Source: an uncultured Rhodobacteraceae bacterium (GTDB lineage Bacteria > Pseudomonadota > Alphaproteobacteria > Rhodobacterales > Rhodobacteraceae). From it: a DNA stretch of 64,000 nt. Numbering within the stretch: position 1 is the first letter of the stretch; each line of letters opens with the position of its first letter. The translations under genes were made by a program, and so were the position numbers. Positions 20,330-31,637 of this stretch are shown here, in pieces. The notes beneath the pieces are model-generated. The model was not told the DNA's origin. It worked only from the letters and a program-made list of their open reading frames with translations, and searched no databases. The stretch is from assembly GCA_965659465.1 (NCBI GenBank), contig CBFHVU010000001.1:5898-69897 (forward strand), given 5' to 3'.

Positions 20330-21067
20330 TTAGCCGCGCGGACCCAGTTTTGCCACTGTCGCACGCACCCGCGTCAGGCGCGCCGCATTGGGTGGATGGG
20401 TTCCCAAAACGCGATCACCCGGATCGGGCAAGCGGTTGAAAAACATCGATCCCGCCACTGCATCATATCCCGCACGATGGGCAATGACGGTGCCGATTTC
20501 GTCGGCCTGCAATTCATGTTCCTTGGAATATACGCGACTGCCGATACCCGCACCGATGTCCGCGGCCAAATCCACCATATTGGAAGCGCCCCCAACGGCG
20601 GCAGCCAAACCACCCAGCGCAATGGCCCCCAACCATGTGTTGGTCGTTTGCTGGCGTATATGGCCCGCAATGTGGTGGGCCATTTCATGACCAAGGATGA
20701 ATGCCAATTCATCCTCGTTCCGGACCGATTTTAACAAGGCGGCGGTGAATATCACGACGGGCTGGCCTGTTTCGCTTTCGGTTTGATAGGCGTTGATCAC
20801 GGATCCAGGTTTTGGGTCAGTGTCCACATAAATTGCGAAATCACAGGGCTGCTGTGATGTCATTCCGCGGCATATTTCCGTGCCAACCGGTTCGACGCGG
20901 CCGATCACACGTTTGAACGATGCCACAGGGTTGACCAAGGGCTGCGACGATTGCGGGGCCTAGGCCACGGGCGGCTCGGGACGCACCGTTGGAACAGCTG
21001 GCGCGCCACCACAGGACGCCAACACCAATCCACAGATCGCGGCCAAACCCAATTTCACCCTGTTCAT
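20330..21067 (-). pseudogene. M48 family lipoprotein metallopeptidase interrupted by an in-frame TAG at 20960..20962
   Basis: ORF 20960..21178 has ATG at 21067 after a GGAGG SD and encodes the lipobox signal MNRVKLGLAAICGLVLASCGG. It is in frame with ORF 20330..20938, which carries the HEMAHH zinc motif. The two are separated only by TAG plus 7 sense codons. Confidence 0.7.
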
Positions 21068-21137
21068 GAAAAATTCCTCCCTCACGCTTGGAAAATACGA
21101 TATACTGGAATTGTGAAAATACAGAACGGAAAATGCG

Positions 21138-21371
21138 ATGTTTACGATTGAACATGAATTCGACTGCACCGTTGTCACTTTATTAGATCACGACACCCCG
21201 CATCTGCAAGAGGATGTGATCATCACATCATTCGATGATTGCGTGACCGTCGAACAATATGATCCCCATACGGGTCACATGCAAAAAGTGACCCTATCTA
21301 TGGCCCAAGTGACCGAATTAGCCGCATCCCTAGCCCTGCCCGAGGGCGCCTATACCCACGATTTGGTCTAG
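21138..21371 (+). CDS. hypothetical small acidic protein (77 aa)
   Basis: Only ORF that fills this gap, and its codon usage resembles neighbouring genes. No family was recognised. Confidence 0.4.
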   Translation: MFTIEHEFDCTVVTLLDHDTPHLQEDVIITSFDDCVTVEQYDPHTGHMQKVTLSMAQVTELAASLALPEGAYTHDLV

Positions 21372-21395
21372 GCTGACAATAGGCCGGCAACGGAT

Positions 21396-22484
21396 TTAAT
21401 GTTGCCCCACCTCATCGGGACTGACGGACACCGATTTCACAACCGCATAGCACGGTATGCCCGCCTGCAACCCCATGGCATCCACGGACCGGCCCGTGAC
21501 CCGTGCCAAAATACGATCGGGTCCGCATTGCAATGTCACAATCGCGCCCGGTCCATCCCCCCGCCGCACCGCCAAAATTGTCCCTGCGACAATGTTCAGG
21601 GCAGATATGTTTTGCGGGGCATCACGCATCAATGTCACGTCCTGGGCCAAAATGCGCAGTCGAACGGTCGCCCCGATCGGCACTTGGATCTGGGGCAAAT
21701 ACATATGTCCACCGGCGACAGACAGATGCGTTAACCCATCTGGATCATGGGCCATCACATGGCCCACAATCACCGCCCCTGCATCGCGCAGCCCCAAACT
21801 GGGCGCCAAATCCGCATCCGCAAAAACCGCCGCAGTGGTGTCATTGGCCACAACTTGCCCCGCCTGTATGACGACAACCTGGTCCGCCAATCGGGCAATT
21901 TCGCTGACCGCGTGGCTGACGTATAGGATCGGCATGTCCAATTCGTCCCGCAGCTTTTCAAGATATGGCAAAATCTCGGCCTTGCGGGCCCCATCCAATG
22001 CGGCCAAGGGTTCGTCCATCAATAAAACCCGCGGCGATGATAACAACGCGCGTGCGATCGCCACCCTCTGTTTTTCACCGCCCGACAGCCCTGATGGGCG
22101 GCGCGACATCAAATGCCCTAGGCCCAACATATCCACAATCCGATGCTGTAATGGCGCGTCCGCCACGGCGCGTCCGAATTTGACCGCATAGGATAAATTC
22201 CCTGACACCGACAAATGCGGAAACAGCCGTGCATCTTGGAACACATATCCCACACCGCGTTTGTGGGCGGGCACGTTTATTCCGTCTGCGCTGTCAAACA
22301 CCACATTATCTTGGACGCAAATGCGCCCCGCCTGTGGTGTAATTAACCCGGCCACGGCATTGATCACGCTGGTTTTGCCCGCCCCGGACCGCCCAAACAG
22401 GGCCGTGACCCCGTTGGGCACATCAAAGGACGTATCCAACGAAAATGCCCCCAAGCGATGTTTCAGTGCCACCGTCAATGCCAT
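21396..22484 (-). CDS. modC: molybdate ABC transporter ATP-binding protein
   Basis: 362 aa with GRSGAGKTS, LSGGEKQRV and a C-terminal TOBE/Mop-like domain. Confidence 0.9.
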   Translation of the reverse strand: MALTVALKHRLGAFSLDTSFDVPNGVTALFGRSGAGKTSVINAVAGLITPQAGRICVQDNVVFDSADGINVPAHKRGVGYVFQDARLFPHLSVSGNLSYAVKFGRAVADAPLQHRIVDMLGLGHLMSRRPSGLSGGEKQRVAIARALLSSPRVLLMDEPLAALDGARKAEILPYLEKLRDELDMPILYVSHAVSEIARLADQVVVIQAGQVVANDTTAAVFADADLAPSLGLRDAGAVIVGHVMAHDPDGLTHLSVAGGHMYLPQIQVPIGATVRLRILAQDVTLMRDAPQNISALNIVAGTILAVRRGDGPGAIVTLQCGPDRILARVTGRSVDAMGLQAGIPCYAVVKSVSVSPDEVGQH

Positions 22485-22501
22485 ATCCGTTCCCCCCCCG
22501 C

Positions 22502-23188
22502 CTATGCCGTCAAACGCCGCTGCATGCGGCGCGCCAGAATTTCGGATACGATCAGCGCGCCCACGGCAATGGCCGCAGAAATCAGCACCAAAGTCATGGC
22601 AACCGGTTCCTGCCCCGGAACCTGCATCGCGCTGTAAATCGCCGAGGGAATCGTTTGTGTTTGCCCAGGAATATTCGACACAAAGGTGATGGTTGCGCCG
22701 AACTCACCCATGGCTTTGGCAAAGGCTAGGACCATACCAGCCAAAACACTGGGAAAAATCAATGGCAGGGTAATGGTGGCAAACACAACCACCGGACGGA
22801 CCCCCAGTGTTTGCGCCGCCTGTTCCAATTTGGGATCGACCGCCTCAAACCCCAACCGGATGGCGCGCACCATCAGTGGAAACGCCATGATCGCCGCCGC
22901 CAACACGGCCCCCGTCCAGCGAAATGCCAGTGTTACACCAAACCAGTCCAGCAACACCTGCCCCGCAGGGCCATTTCGCGAAAAAAGTAATAATAACAGA
23001 TACCCAGTCACCACAGGGGGCAATACCAACGGGGCATGCACCAGCGCATTTAAAACCGCATGCCCCCGAAATTCATGCCGCGCCAACAGATAGGCCACAC
23101 CAATGGCAACGGGCAAACTGATCGCTGTGGCCCACAGCGACACCTGCACCGATAACGTCACCGCCATCCATTCTGTTTCACCTAGCAT
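22502..23188 (-). CDS. modB: molybdate ABC transporter permease
   Basis: ORF 22502..23395. The conserved ModB N-terminus MLGETEWMAVTLSVQVSLW... begins at ATG 23188. Confidence 0.85.
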   Translation of the reverse strand: MLGETEWMAVTLSVQVSLWATAISLPVAIGVAYLLARHEFRGHAVLNALVHAPLVLPPVVTGYLLLLLFSRNGPAGQVLLDWFGVTLAFRWTGAVLAAAIMAFPLMVRAIRLGFEAVDPKLEQAAQTLGVRPVVVFATITLPLIFPSVLAGMVLAFAKAMGEFGATITFVSNIPGQTQTIPSAIYSAMQVPGQEPVAMTLVLISAAIAVGALIVSEILARRMQRRLTA

Positions 23189-23277
23189 CTGCGCGGCCTG
23201 TCCCTTGAATATCCCCTGAAATCTGGCCCATAACACCCCAACCGGCTCCCGCGTGCAAGGGGCATTCAAATGAACGC

Positions 23278-23306
23278 TTGCAGTTATGTGGCAATCGGCG
23301 TATATA
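23278..23306 (+). promoter_or_regulatory. sigma70-like promoter TTGCAG-N17-TATATA upstream of rimP
   Basis: -35 TTGCAG at 23278..23283, an exact 17-nt spacer, then -10 TATATA at 23301..23306. It lies 83 nt upstream of the rimP ATG. Confidence 0.5.
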
Positions 23307-23352
23307 TGGGCCAACAGCGGTGCGTTGCCCCCAACGCTCCACCGGAAATTGC

Positions 23353-23377
23353 AACGGGCCGCAGGCCCGTTTTTTTG
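23353..23377 (+). terminator. intrinsic-terminator-like hairpin plus T7 run inside the rimP leader
   Basis: AACGGGCC-GCA-GGCCCGTT followed by TTTTTTGTGTTT. It ends 12 nt before the rimP ATG. Confidence 0.6.
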
Positions 23378-23388
23378 TGTTTGGACTA

Positions 23389-23964
23389 ATGACAAATAAC
23401 CTGATTGCCAAAGCCGCCATGGATGTGCGCCTTGCCGAAATTATAACCCCCGTGATCGAAGACATGGGGTTTGAACTGGTGCGCGTCCGTCTGATGGGCG
23501 GCGAAACCAAAACATTGCAAATCATGGCCGACAAACCCCAAGGCGGGATTGAGGTTGACGATTGTGGCGAAATATCCACCGCCGTCAGCGCCGTGTTAGA
23601 TGTCGAAGACCCGATCACAGACCCCTATCACCTTGAGGTATCCAGTCCCGGCATCGACCGCCCGCTGACCCGCCTAAAGGATTTCGAAGCGTTCGAAGGC
23701 TATGAAGTCAAGCTGGAAACATCCGAAATGATCGACGGCCGTCGCCGTTTCAAAGGTGTGCTGGCCGGCGTCGAGGGCACCGAAGTTTTGATCAATGTGA
23801 CCGAAGGTACCATTGGTCTGGAATTTGATTGGCTGTCAGATGCCAAATTGGTTCTGACCGACGAATTGATCCAAGAAATGCTGCGTCAACGTAAGGTGAC
23901 GCAAGACCTAAACCAAGAGAATTTTGACGAAATCGAGACCGAAGAAGGGTCCGAAGAGGAGTAA
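23389..23964 (+). CDS. rimP: ribosome maturation factor RimP
   Basis: ATG at 23389 ([33 protein letters not shown]). Conserved position upstream of nusA. Confidence 0.9.
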   Translation: MTNNLIAKAAMDVRLAEIITPVIEDMGFELVRVRLMGGETKTLQIMADKPQGGIEVDDCGEISTAVSAVLDVEDPITDPYHLEVSSPGIDRPLTRLKDFEAFEGYEVKLETSEMIDGRRRFKGVLAGVEGTEVLINVTEGTIGLEFDWLSDAKLVLTDELIQEMLRQRKVTQDLNQENFDEIETEEGSEEE

Positions 23965-23966
23965 TC

Positions 23967-25571
23967 ATGGCAATTACATCTGCAAACCAGTTGGAATTAT
24001 TGCAAACAGCCGAAGCTGTCGCACGCGAAAAAATGATCGACCCCGGTCTAGTTGTTGCCGCGATGGAAGAATCGCTAGCACGCGCTGCAAAATCCCGTTA
24101 CGGCGCCGAAATGGATATCCGTGTATCCATCGACCGTAAAACAGGTCGCGCAACATTTACACGTGTGCGCACTGTGGTCGAAGAGGCCGAGCTGGAAAAC
24201 TATCAGGCGGAAATGACTGTTGACCAAGCGAAACAGTATCTGGAAAATCCAACTGTTGGCGATCAGTACGTCGAAGAAATTCCTCCGGTCGAATTGGGAC
24301 GTATTGCAGCGCAATCCGCCAAGCAGGTTATTTTGCAAAAAGTCCGCGAAGCAGAACGTGATCGCCAATTCGAAGAATTCAAAGACCGCGCCGGCACCAT
24401 TATCAATGGATCCGTCAAACGCGAAGAATATGGCAACGTCATCGTGGACGTAGGCCGTGGCGAAGCAATCCTGCGCCGCAACGAAAAAATTGGCCGCGAG
24501 AGCTATCGTCCGGGTGACCGCGTACGCTGTTACATCAAAGATGTGCGCCGCGAAGTGCGCGGACCACAGATTTTCCTGTCACGCACCGCGCCTGAATTCA
24601 TGGCCGAGCTGTTCAAAATGGAAGTGCCTGAAATTTACGAAGGCATCATTGAAATCAAATCTGTGTCCCGCGACCCCGGTTCGCGCGCCAAGATCGCGGT
24701 CTATGCGACGGACGGATCAATTGACCCTGTTGGCGCCTGCGTTGGTATGCGCGGCAGCCGCGTTCAGGCCGTTGTAAACGAATTGCAGGGCGAAAAAATC
24801 GATATCATTCCATGGAACGAAGATCAGCCCACGTTCTTGGTCAACGCGCTGCAACCTGCCCAAGTGACCAAGGTTGTATTGGACGAAGAGGCCGGCAAAA
24901 TCGAAGTTGTTGTTCCAGAGGAACAGTTGTCACTGGCCATCGGCCGCCGTGGACAAAACGTCCGTCTGGCCAGCCAGTTGACCGGCCTAGACATCGACAT
25001 CATGACCGAAGCCGAAGAATCAGCGCGCCGTCAGAAAGAATTTGAAGAGCGCACTGGCCTGTTCATGGAAACCTTGGATCTGGATGAATTCTTTGCCCAG
25101 TTGTTGGTCGCCGAAGGCTTTACATCACTAGAAGAGGTGGCGTTCGTTGAATTGGACGAACTGCTGGTGATTGATGGCGTCGATGAAAGCACAGCCCAAG
25201 AACTGCAAACACGCGCCCGCGAGCATCTGGAAGAAGAGGCCCGCAAAGCAAACGCACGCGCAATCGAATTGGGTGCGGATGATACATTGATGAACTTTGA
25301 CGGTTTGACACCGCAAATGTTGGTGGCCTTGGCCGAAGATGGAATCAAATCCCTAGAAGATTTCGCAACCTGCGCCGATTGGGAATTGGCCGGTGGCTGG
25401 ACAACGGTCGACGGTCAACGCGTCAAGGATGACGGTTTGCTGGAATCATTCGACATGAGCCTGGAAGAGGCACAAGACCTGATCATGACGGCGCGTGTTG
25501 CTTTGGGTTGGATCGATCCAGAGGATGCCATCGCACACAACGATGACACCGTCCAAAACGAGGATGAATAA
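23967..25571 (+). CDS. nusA: transcription termination/antitermination factor NusA
   Basis: 534 aa with S1, KH1/KH2 and C-terminal acidic repeat domains. Confidence 0.95.
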   Translation: MAITSANQLELLQTAEAVAREKMIDPGLVVAAMEESLARAAKSRYGAEMDIRVSIDRKTGRATFTRVRTVVEEAELENYQAEMTVDQAKQYLENPTVGDQYVEEIPPVELGRIAAQSAKQVILQKVREAERDRQFEEFKDRAGTIINGSVKREEYGNVIVDVGRGEAILRRNEKIGRESYRPGDRVRCYIKDVRREVRGPQIFLSRTAPEFMAELFKMEVPEIYEGIIEIKSVSRDPGSRAKIAVYATDGSIDPVGACVGMRGSRVQAVVNELQGEKIDIIPWNEDQPTFLVNALQPAQVTKVVLDEEAGKIEVVVPEEQLSLAIGRRGQNVRLASQLTGLDIDIMTEAEESARRQKEFEERTGLFMETLDLDEFFAQLLVAEGFTSLEEVAFVELDELLVIDGVDESTAQELQTRAREHLEEEARKANARAIELGADDTLMNFDGLTPQMLVALAEDGIKSLEDFATCADWELAGGWTTVDGQRVKDDGLLESFDMSLEEAQDLIMTARVALGWIDPEDAIAHNDDTVQNEDE

Positions 25572-25577
25572 CCGAAA

Positions 25578-26206
25578 ATGACCCGTGGTGGCACACATAC
25601 CAAGGCCGAAGAACTGGAACGCAAATGCATTGCCACAGGCGACGTGCAGCCAAAACACGGGTTAATCCGTTTTGTGACCTCACCGACGGGCGAAATTTTT
25701 CCTGATATCATGGAAAAATTGCCCGGCCGTGGGGTTTGGGTCAGCGCAGATCGCGCTGCCCTTGAAAAAGCGGTGACGAAAGGTTTATTTTCACGGGGTG
25801 CGAAACAGAACGTTTCTGTCAGCCCCGACCTTGTGTCTGAGGTCGAAATATTATTGGCCCGCCGTGTTGTGGAATTGATTTCACTGGCACGCAAATCCGG
25901 CCACGCCGTGTCAGGATACGAAAAAGTCAAAGATTGGCTTGCCAAAGAAGAGGCGCGGATCCTGATCCAAGCCAGTGACGGATCTGAGCGCGGCAAATCA
26001 AAACTAAGCACGCCCTATGGCGGCAAATTCATCGGTTGGCTAACCGCAGATGAATTGGGCGCGGCATTTGGGCGACAAACTGTGATTCATTGCGCGCTGG
26101 CATCTGGCGGTTTGACGCGGCGTGTAGTAGATGAAGCACAACGGCTGAAAGGCCTGCGTGAAAATGACGGGGGTAAAACCACCTCCGGAAAGGATAAGAC
26201 AGCTAG

Positions 26207-26210
<4 letters not shown>
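25578..26210 (+). CDS. YlxR/DUF448 plus L7Ae-like RNA-binding protein
   Basis: 210 aa, sitting in the conserved slot between nusA and infB. ATGA overlap with infB. Confidence 0.8.
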
Positions 26211-28732
<2,522 letters not shown>

Positions 28733-28736
28733 TGAA

Positions 28737-28762
28737 AAACCCGCCGAAAGGCGGGTTTTTTT
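28737..28762 (+). terminator. rho-independent terminator of infB
   Basis: AAACCCGCC-GAAA-GGCGGGTTT followed by TTTT. Confidence 0.85.
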
Positions 28763-28809
28763 ACAGTTTAAGTTATTAAATCTAGGGCCTTCTTCCCGAA
28801 TATCCTCAG

Positions 28810-28881
28810 CTACAGCAATGATCGGCGTGCTGACCCAACTGCGCTGACGGCCAGTAATGCAATGATAACCAATTTCTTCAT
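28810..28881 (-). CDS. candidate 23-aa signal-peptide-like mini-ORF (MKKLVIIALLAVSAVGSARRSLL)
   Basis: ATG lies 6 nt downstream of a GAGGAG Shine-Dalgarno. TAG stop. There is no homology evidence. Confidence 0.25.
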   Translation of the reverse strand: MKKLVIIALLAVSAVGSARRSLL

Positions 28882-28983
28882 GATGAACTCCTCAATAACG
28901 TAACAGGATCGAAAATAACATTGGTTTGCGCCATCAAATACAAAAATGTGCAGGATTTATCACCATGATAGCCCTACACCGCG

Positions 28984-29382
28984 CTATAACCAATCGCGCA
29001 AAATAGGGATCAGTGGGACATCTGCCGCGGGCATGGGGTAATTGCGCAAATCGCGGGCATGGACCCATGCTAGGTTCTGGCCCTCTTTGCCCTGAACGAT
29101 ACCGTTCCATTTGCGGCACACGAACAATGGCATCAGCAGGTGGAAATCATCATAGCTGTGGCTGGCAAATGTCAGGGGCGCAAGGCAGCTGTTCCATGTT
29201 TCAATCCCCAATTCTTCGTGCAGTTCACGCACCAAGGCCGCCTCGGGCGTTTCGCCCGGTTCGACCTTGCCGCCCGGGAATTCCCATAGGCCGGCCATGG
29301 CCTTGCCTTGGGGACGTTGGGCCAATAACACGCGCCCATCCCCATCGACCAAGGCAACGGCGGATACCAATACCATTTTCAT
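28984..29382 (-). CDS. mutT: NUDIX hydrolase, MutT-like 8-oxo-dGTP diphosphatase
   Basis: 132 aa with a Nudix box (GGKVEPGETPEAALVRELHEELG). 4-nt overlap with argJ. Confidence 0.8.
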   Translation of the reverse strand: MKMVLVSAVALVDGDGRVLLAQRPQGKAMAGLWEFPGGKVEPGETPEAALVRELHEELGIETWNSCLAPLTFASHSYDDFHLLMPLFVCRKWNGIVQGKEGQNLAWVHARDLRNYPMPAADVPLIPILRDWL

Positions 29383-30608
29383 GACCGGTAATCCGCGTTA
29401 ATAGCGATGTAATCATGGGTCAAATCACAGGTCCAAACCGTGGATGTCCCCTGACCCAAGCCCAAATCGACCCCAATGATCAGGTGTTCGTTTTGCATGT
29501 AGGCGGCGCCCTGCTCTTCGCTATAGCTGGGGGACACCCAACCGTTTTCTGCCACCGTGATATCGCCAAAGCGGATGGTCAACAAATCACGATCCGCAGC
29601 CGCACCGGATTTGCCAATCGCCATCACAACGCGACCCCAGTTGGGATCCTGTCCCGCAATCGCCGTTTTGACCAAGGGTGAATTCGCAATTGCCATCGCA
29701 TGGGTTTTGGCCTCGGTATCTGTGACCGCACCGGTGATTTGGATTTCGACAAACTTGGTCGCGCCTTCGCCATCGCGAACAACCTGATGGGCCAAATCCA
29801 TAAACACGTCACGCAAGGCCGATTTGAACCCCTGATGCGCGCGATCAACTGAAACCCCACTGGCCCCCGTTGCCACCATCAACAACGTGTCCGAGGTCGA
29901 TGTATCGCTGTCCACCGTGATGCAGTTAAACGATGCGTCATTGATTTCGCTGACCAAGGCCTGCAAATCCGATTGCGCAATTTTCGCATCGGTAAAGATA
30001 TAGACCAACATGGTCGCCATATCGGGGGCAATCATGCCCGATCCTTTGGCAATGCCCGCGATTTTAATCGGGCCTTGGTCGGTATCGATCTGCGCCATGG
30101 CCCCCTTGGGATAGGTGTCTGTGGTCATGATGGCGCGCGCCGCATCGCCAATCTTGCCCGAATCCAAATCGCTGTTTAACTGGCCCAAGACCGCGATAAT
30201 GCGATCATGGGGCAAGGGTTCACCAATCACACCGGTCGACGATGTAAACACTGCCGCCCCTTCCAGCCCCGTGACATCCGCAACTGCGCCCGTAATGGCG
30301 GCCACCGATTCACGACCACGCGCACCGGTAAAGGCGTTGGAATTGCCCGAATTGACCAAAATGGCCACACCATTTGGCGTGGGGCCGCTGATTTTGTCCT
30401 GACAATCCAACACAGGGGCCGACCGTGTGGCGGACCGTGTGAACACGCCCGCAATGGTGGACCCTGCATCCGCAACCGCCAGCATGACATCTGTGCGGCC
30501 TTGGTATTTGACGCCCGCTGCAGCGGTGGCAAATTTAACCCTGTCAATCACGGGCAGGTCAGGAAACTGCGCCGGCGCGAGGGGGGACACTTTGGTAATT
30601 TTGGCCAT
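29379..30608 (-). CDS. argJ: bifunctional glutamate N-acetyltransferase / amino-acid acetyltransferase
   Basis: 409 aa ArgJ family protein with an autoproteolysis-site context (..GMIAPDMATML..). Confidence 0.95.
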   Translation of the reverse strand: MAKITKVSPLAPAQFPDLPVIDRVKFATAAAGVKYQGRTDVMLAVADAGSTIAGVFTRSATRSAPVLDCQDKISGPTPNGVAILVNSGNSNAFTGARGRESVAAITGAVADVTGLEGAAVFTSSTGVIGEPLPHDRIIAVLGQLNSDLDSGKIGDAARAIMTTDTYPKGAMAQIDTDQGPIKIAGIAKGSGMIAPDMATMLVYIFTDAKIAQSDLQALVSEINDASFNCITVDSDTSTSDTLLMVATGASGVSVDRAHQGFKSALRDVFMDLAHQVVRDGEGATKFVEIQITGAVTDTEAKTHAMAIANSPLVKTAIAGQDPNWGRVVMAIGKSGAAADRDLLTIRFGDITVAENGWVSPSYSEEQGAAYMQNEHLIIGVDLGLGQGTSTVWTCDLTHDYIAINADYRS

Positions 30609-30611
30609 GAA

Positions 30612-31463
30612 TTATTGCTCCAACAAAGTGGGATCTTTGATCAGGTTACTATCGATATCACCTAGGGTCATACGCGTGATTGTGGCCGACTGCGTCAGTG
30701 ATGTTACGCGATCTTGCACCGCTTGACGCTGCAATTCCACGGCAATGTCACCTTTGACTGTGTCATATTCAGGCGCAGATTTTGCGCGGGTGTTTTTCAG
30801 CGAAATCACGTGCCACCCGAACTGGGTTTGCACAGGACCGGCAATATCGCCCACCTGCATGTCTGCGATGGCCGCATCAAAGGGACCAACCATATCGCCA
30901 CGGTTAAACCAGCCTAAATCACCCCCGCTTGGTCCAGATGGGCCAGTGGAAAATTCCTGTGCCAATGCCGCAAAATCAGCCCCATCAGCCAGTTTTTCGA
31001 TCAACTCTTTGGCGGTGTCTTCGGTTTCGACCAAAATATGCGCGGCATTGTATTCCATCCCTAGATCGACATTTGCAAATTGGGCATCATAGGCGGCGCG
31101 AATGGCGTCTTCTGTGACAACTTCGCCTGTTAATTCATTTACGGCAACGCCAGCTTGTAGCAGGCGTTTTTCATTTTCCAACGCCAGCCGGACGATTGTG
31201 GCATCTTTGTTCTTGGCAGATTTGCTTAACAACGTCTGCTGAATCATCTGTTCGATCAATCCTTGAAACAATTGGTCCGAGGGCAAGCTTTTGTATTCAT
31301 CGGGCAAAGAATCGAATGCCAAGATCAAATGACCCAAAGTAATTTCTGTTCCATCGACAGACGCGACCACCGTTTCTGCGGTTGGGGCGTCTTGTGCGGT
31401 GGCGGGCAATGCACAAAATGCAGCAATTATCATTGAGCTTGCGGTTTTTTGCCAGTTTTTCAT
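30612..31463 (-). CDS. periplasmic parvulin-type peptidyl-prolyl isomerase (SurA/PpiC-like)
   Basis: ATG at 31463 follows a GGAG SD. It has a signal peptide and a PpiC domain (GGDLGWFNRGDMVGPFD). Confidence 0.8.
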   Translation of the reverse strand: MKNWQKTASSMIIAAFCALPATAQDAPTAETVVASVDGTEITLGHLILAFDSLPDEYKSLPSDQLFQGLIEQMIQQTLLSKSAKNKDATIVRLALENEKRLLQAGVAVNELTGEVVTEDAIRAAYDAQFANVDLGMEYNAAHILVETEDTAKELIEKLADGADFAALAQEFSTGPSGPSGGDLGWFNRGDMVGPFDAAIADMQVGDIAGPVQTQFGWHVISLKNTRAKSAPEYDTVKGDIAVELQRQAVQDRVTSLTQSATITRMTLGDIDSNLIKDPTLLEQ

Positions 31464-31637
31464 AGGAATCTCCTTCAAATTGCGGGGCGTTTTGCCCGGA
31501 CTGCGTTGACACCGTATCACCGGCCCCTTACATCGAAGACACAACAAAATTGCGCCTGTTCATACCTATGACCAGTTTGCGCGCCAAGCAAGTCCAGCAG
31601 CACAAAGTTGCGCAACAAATTAATAGACGGAGTTACA

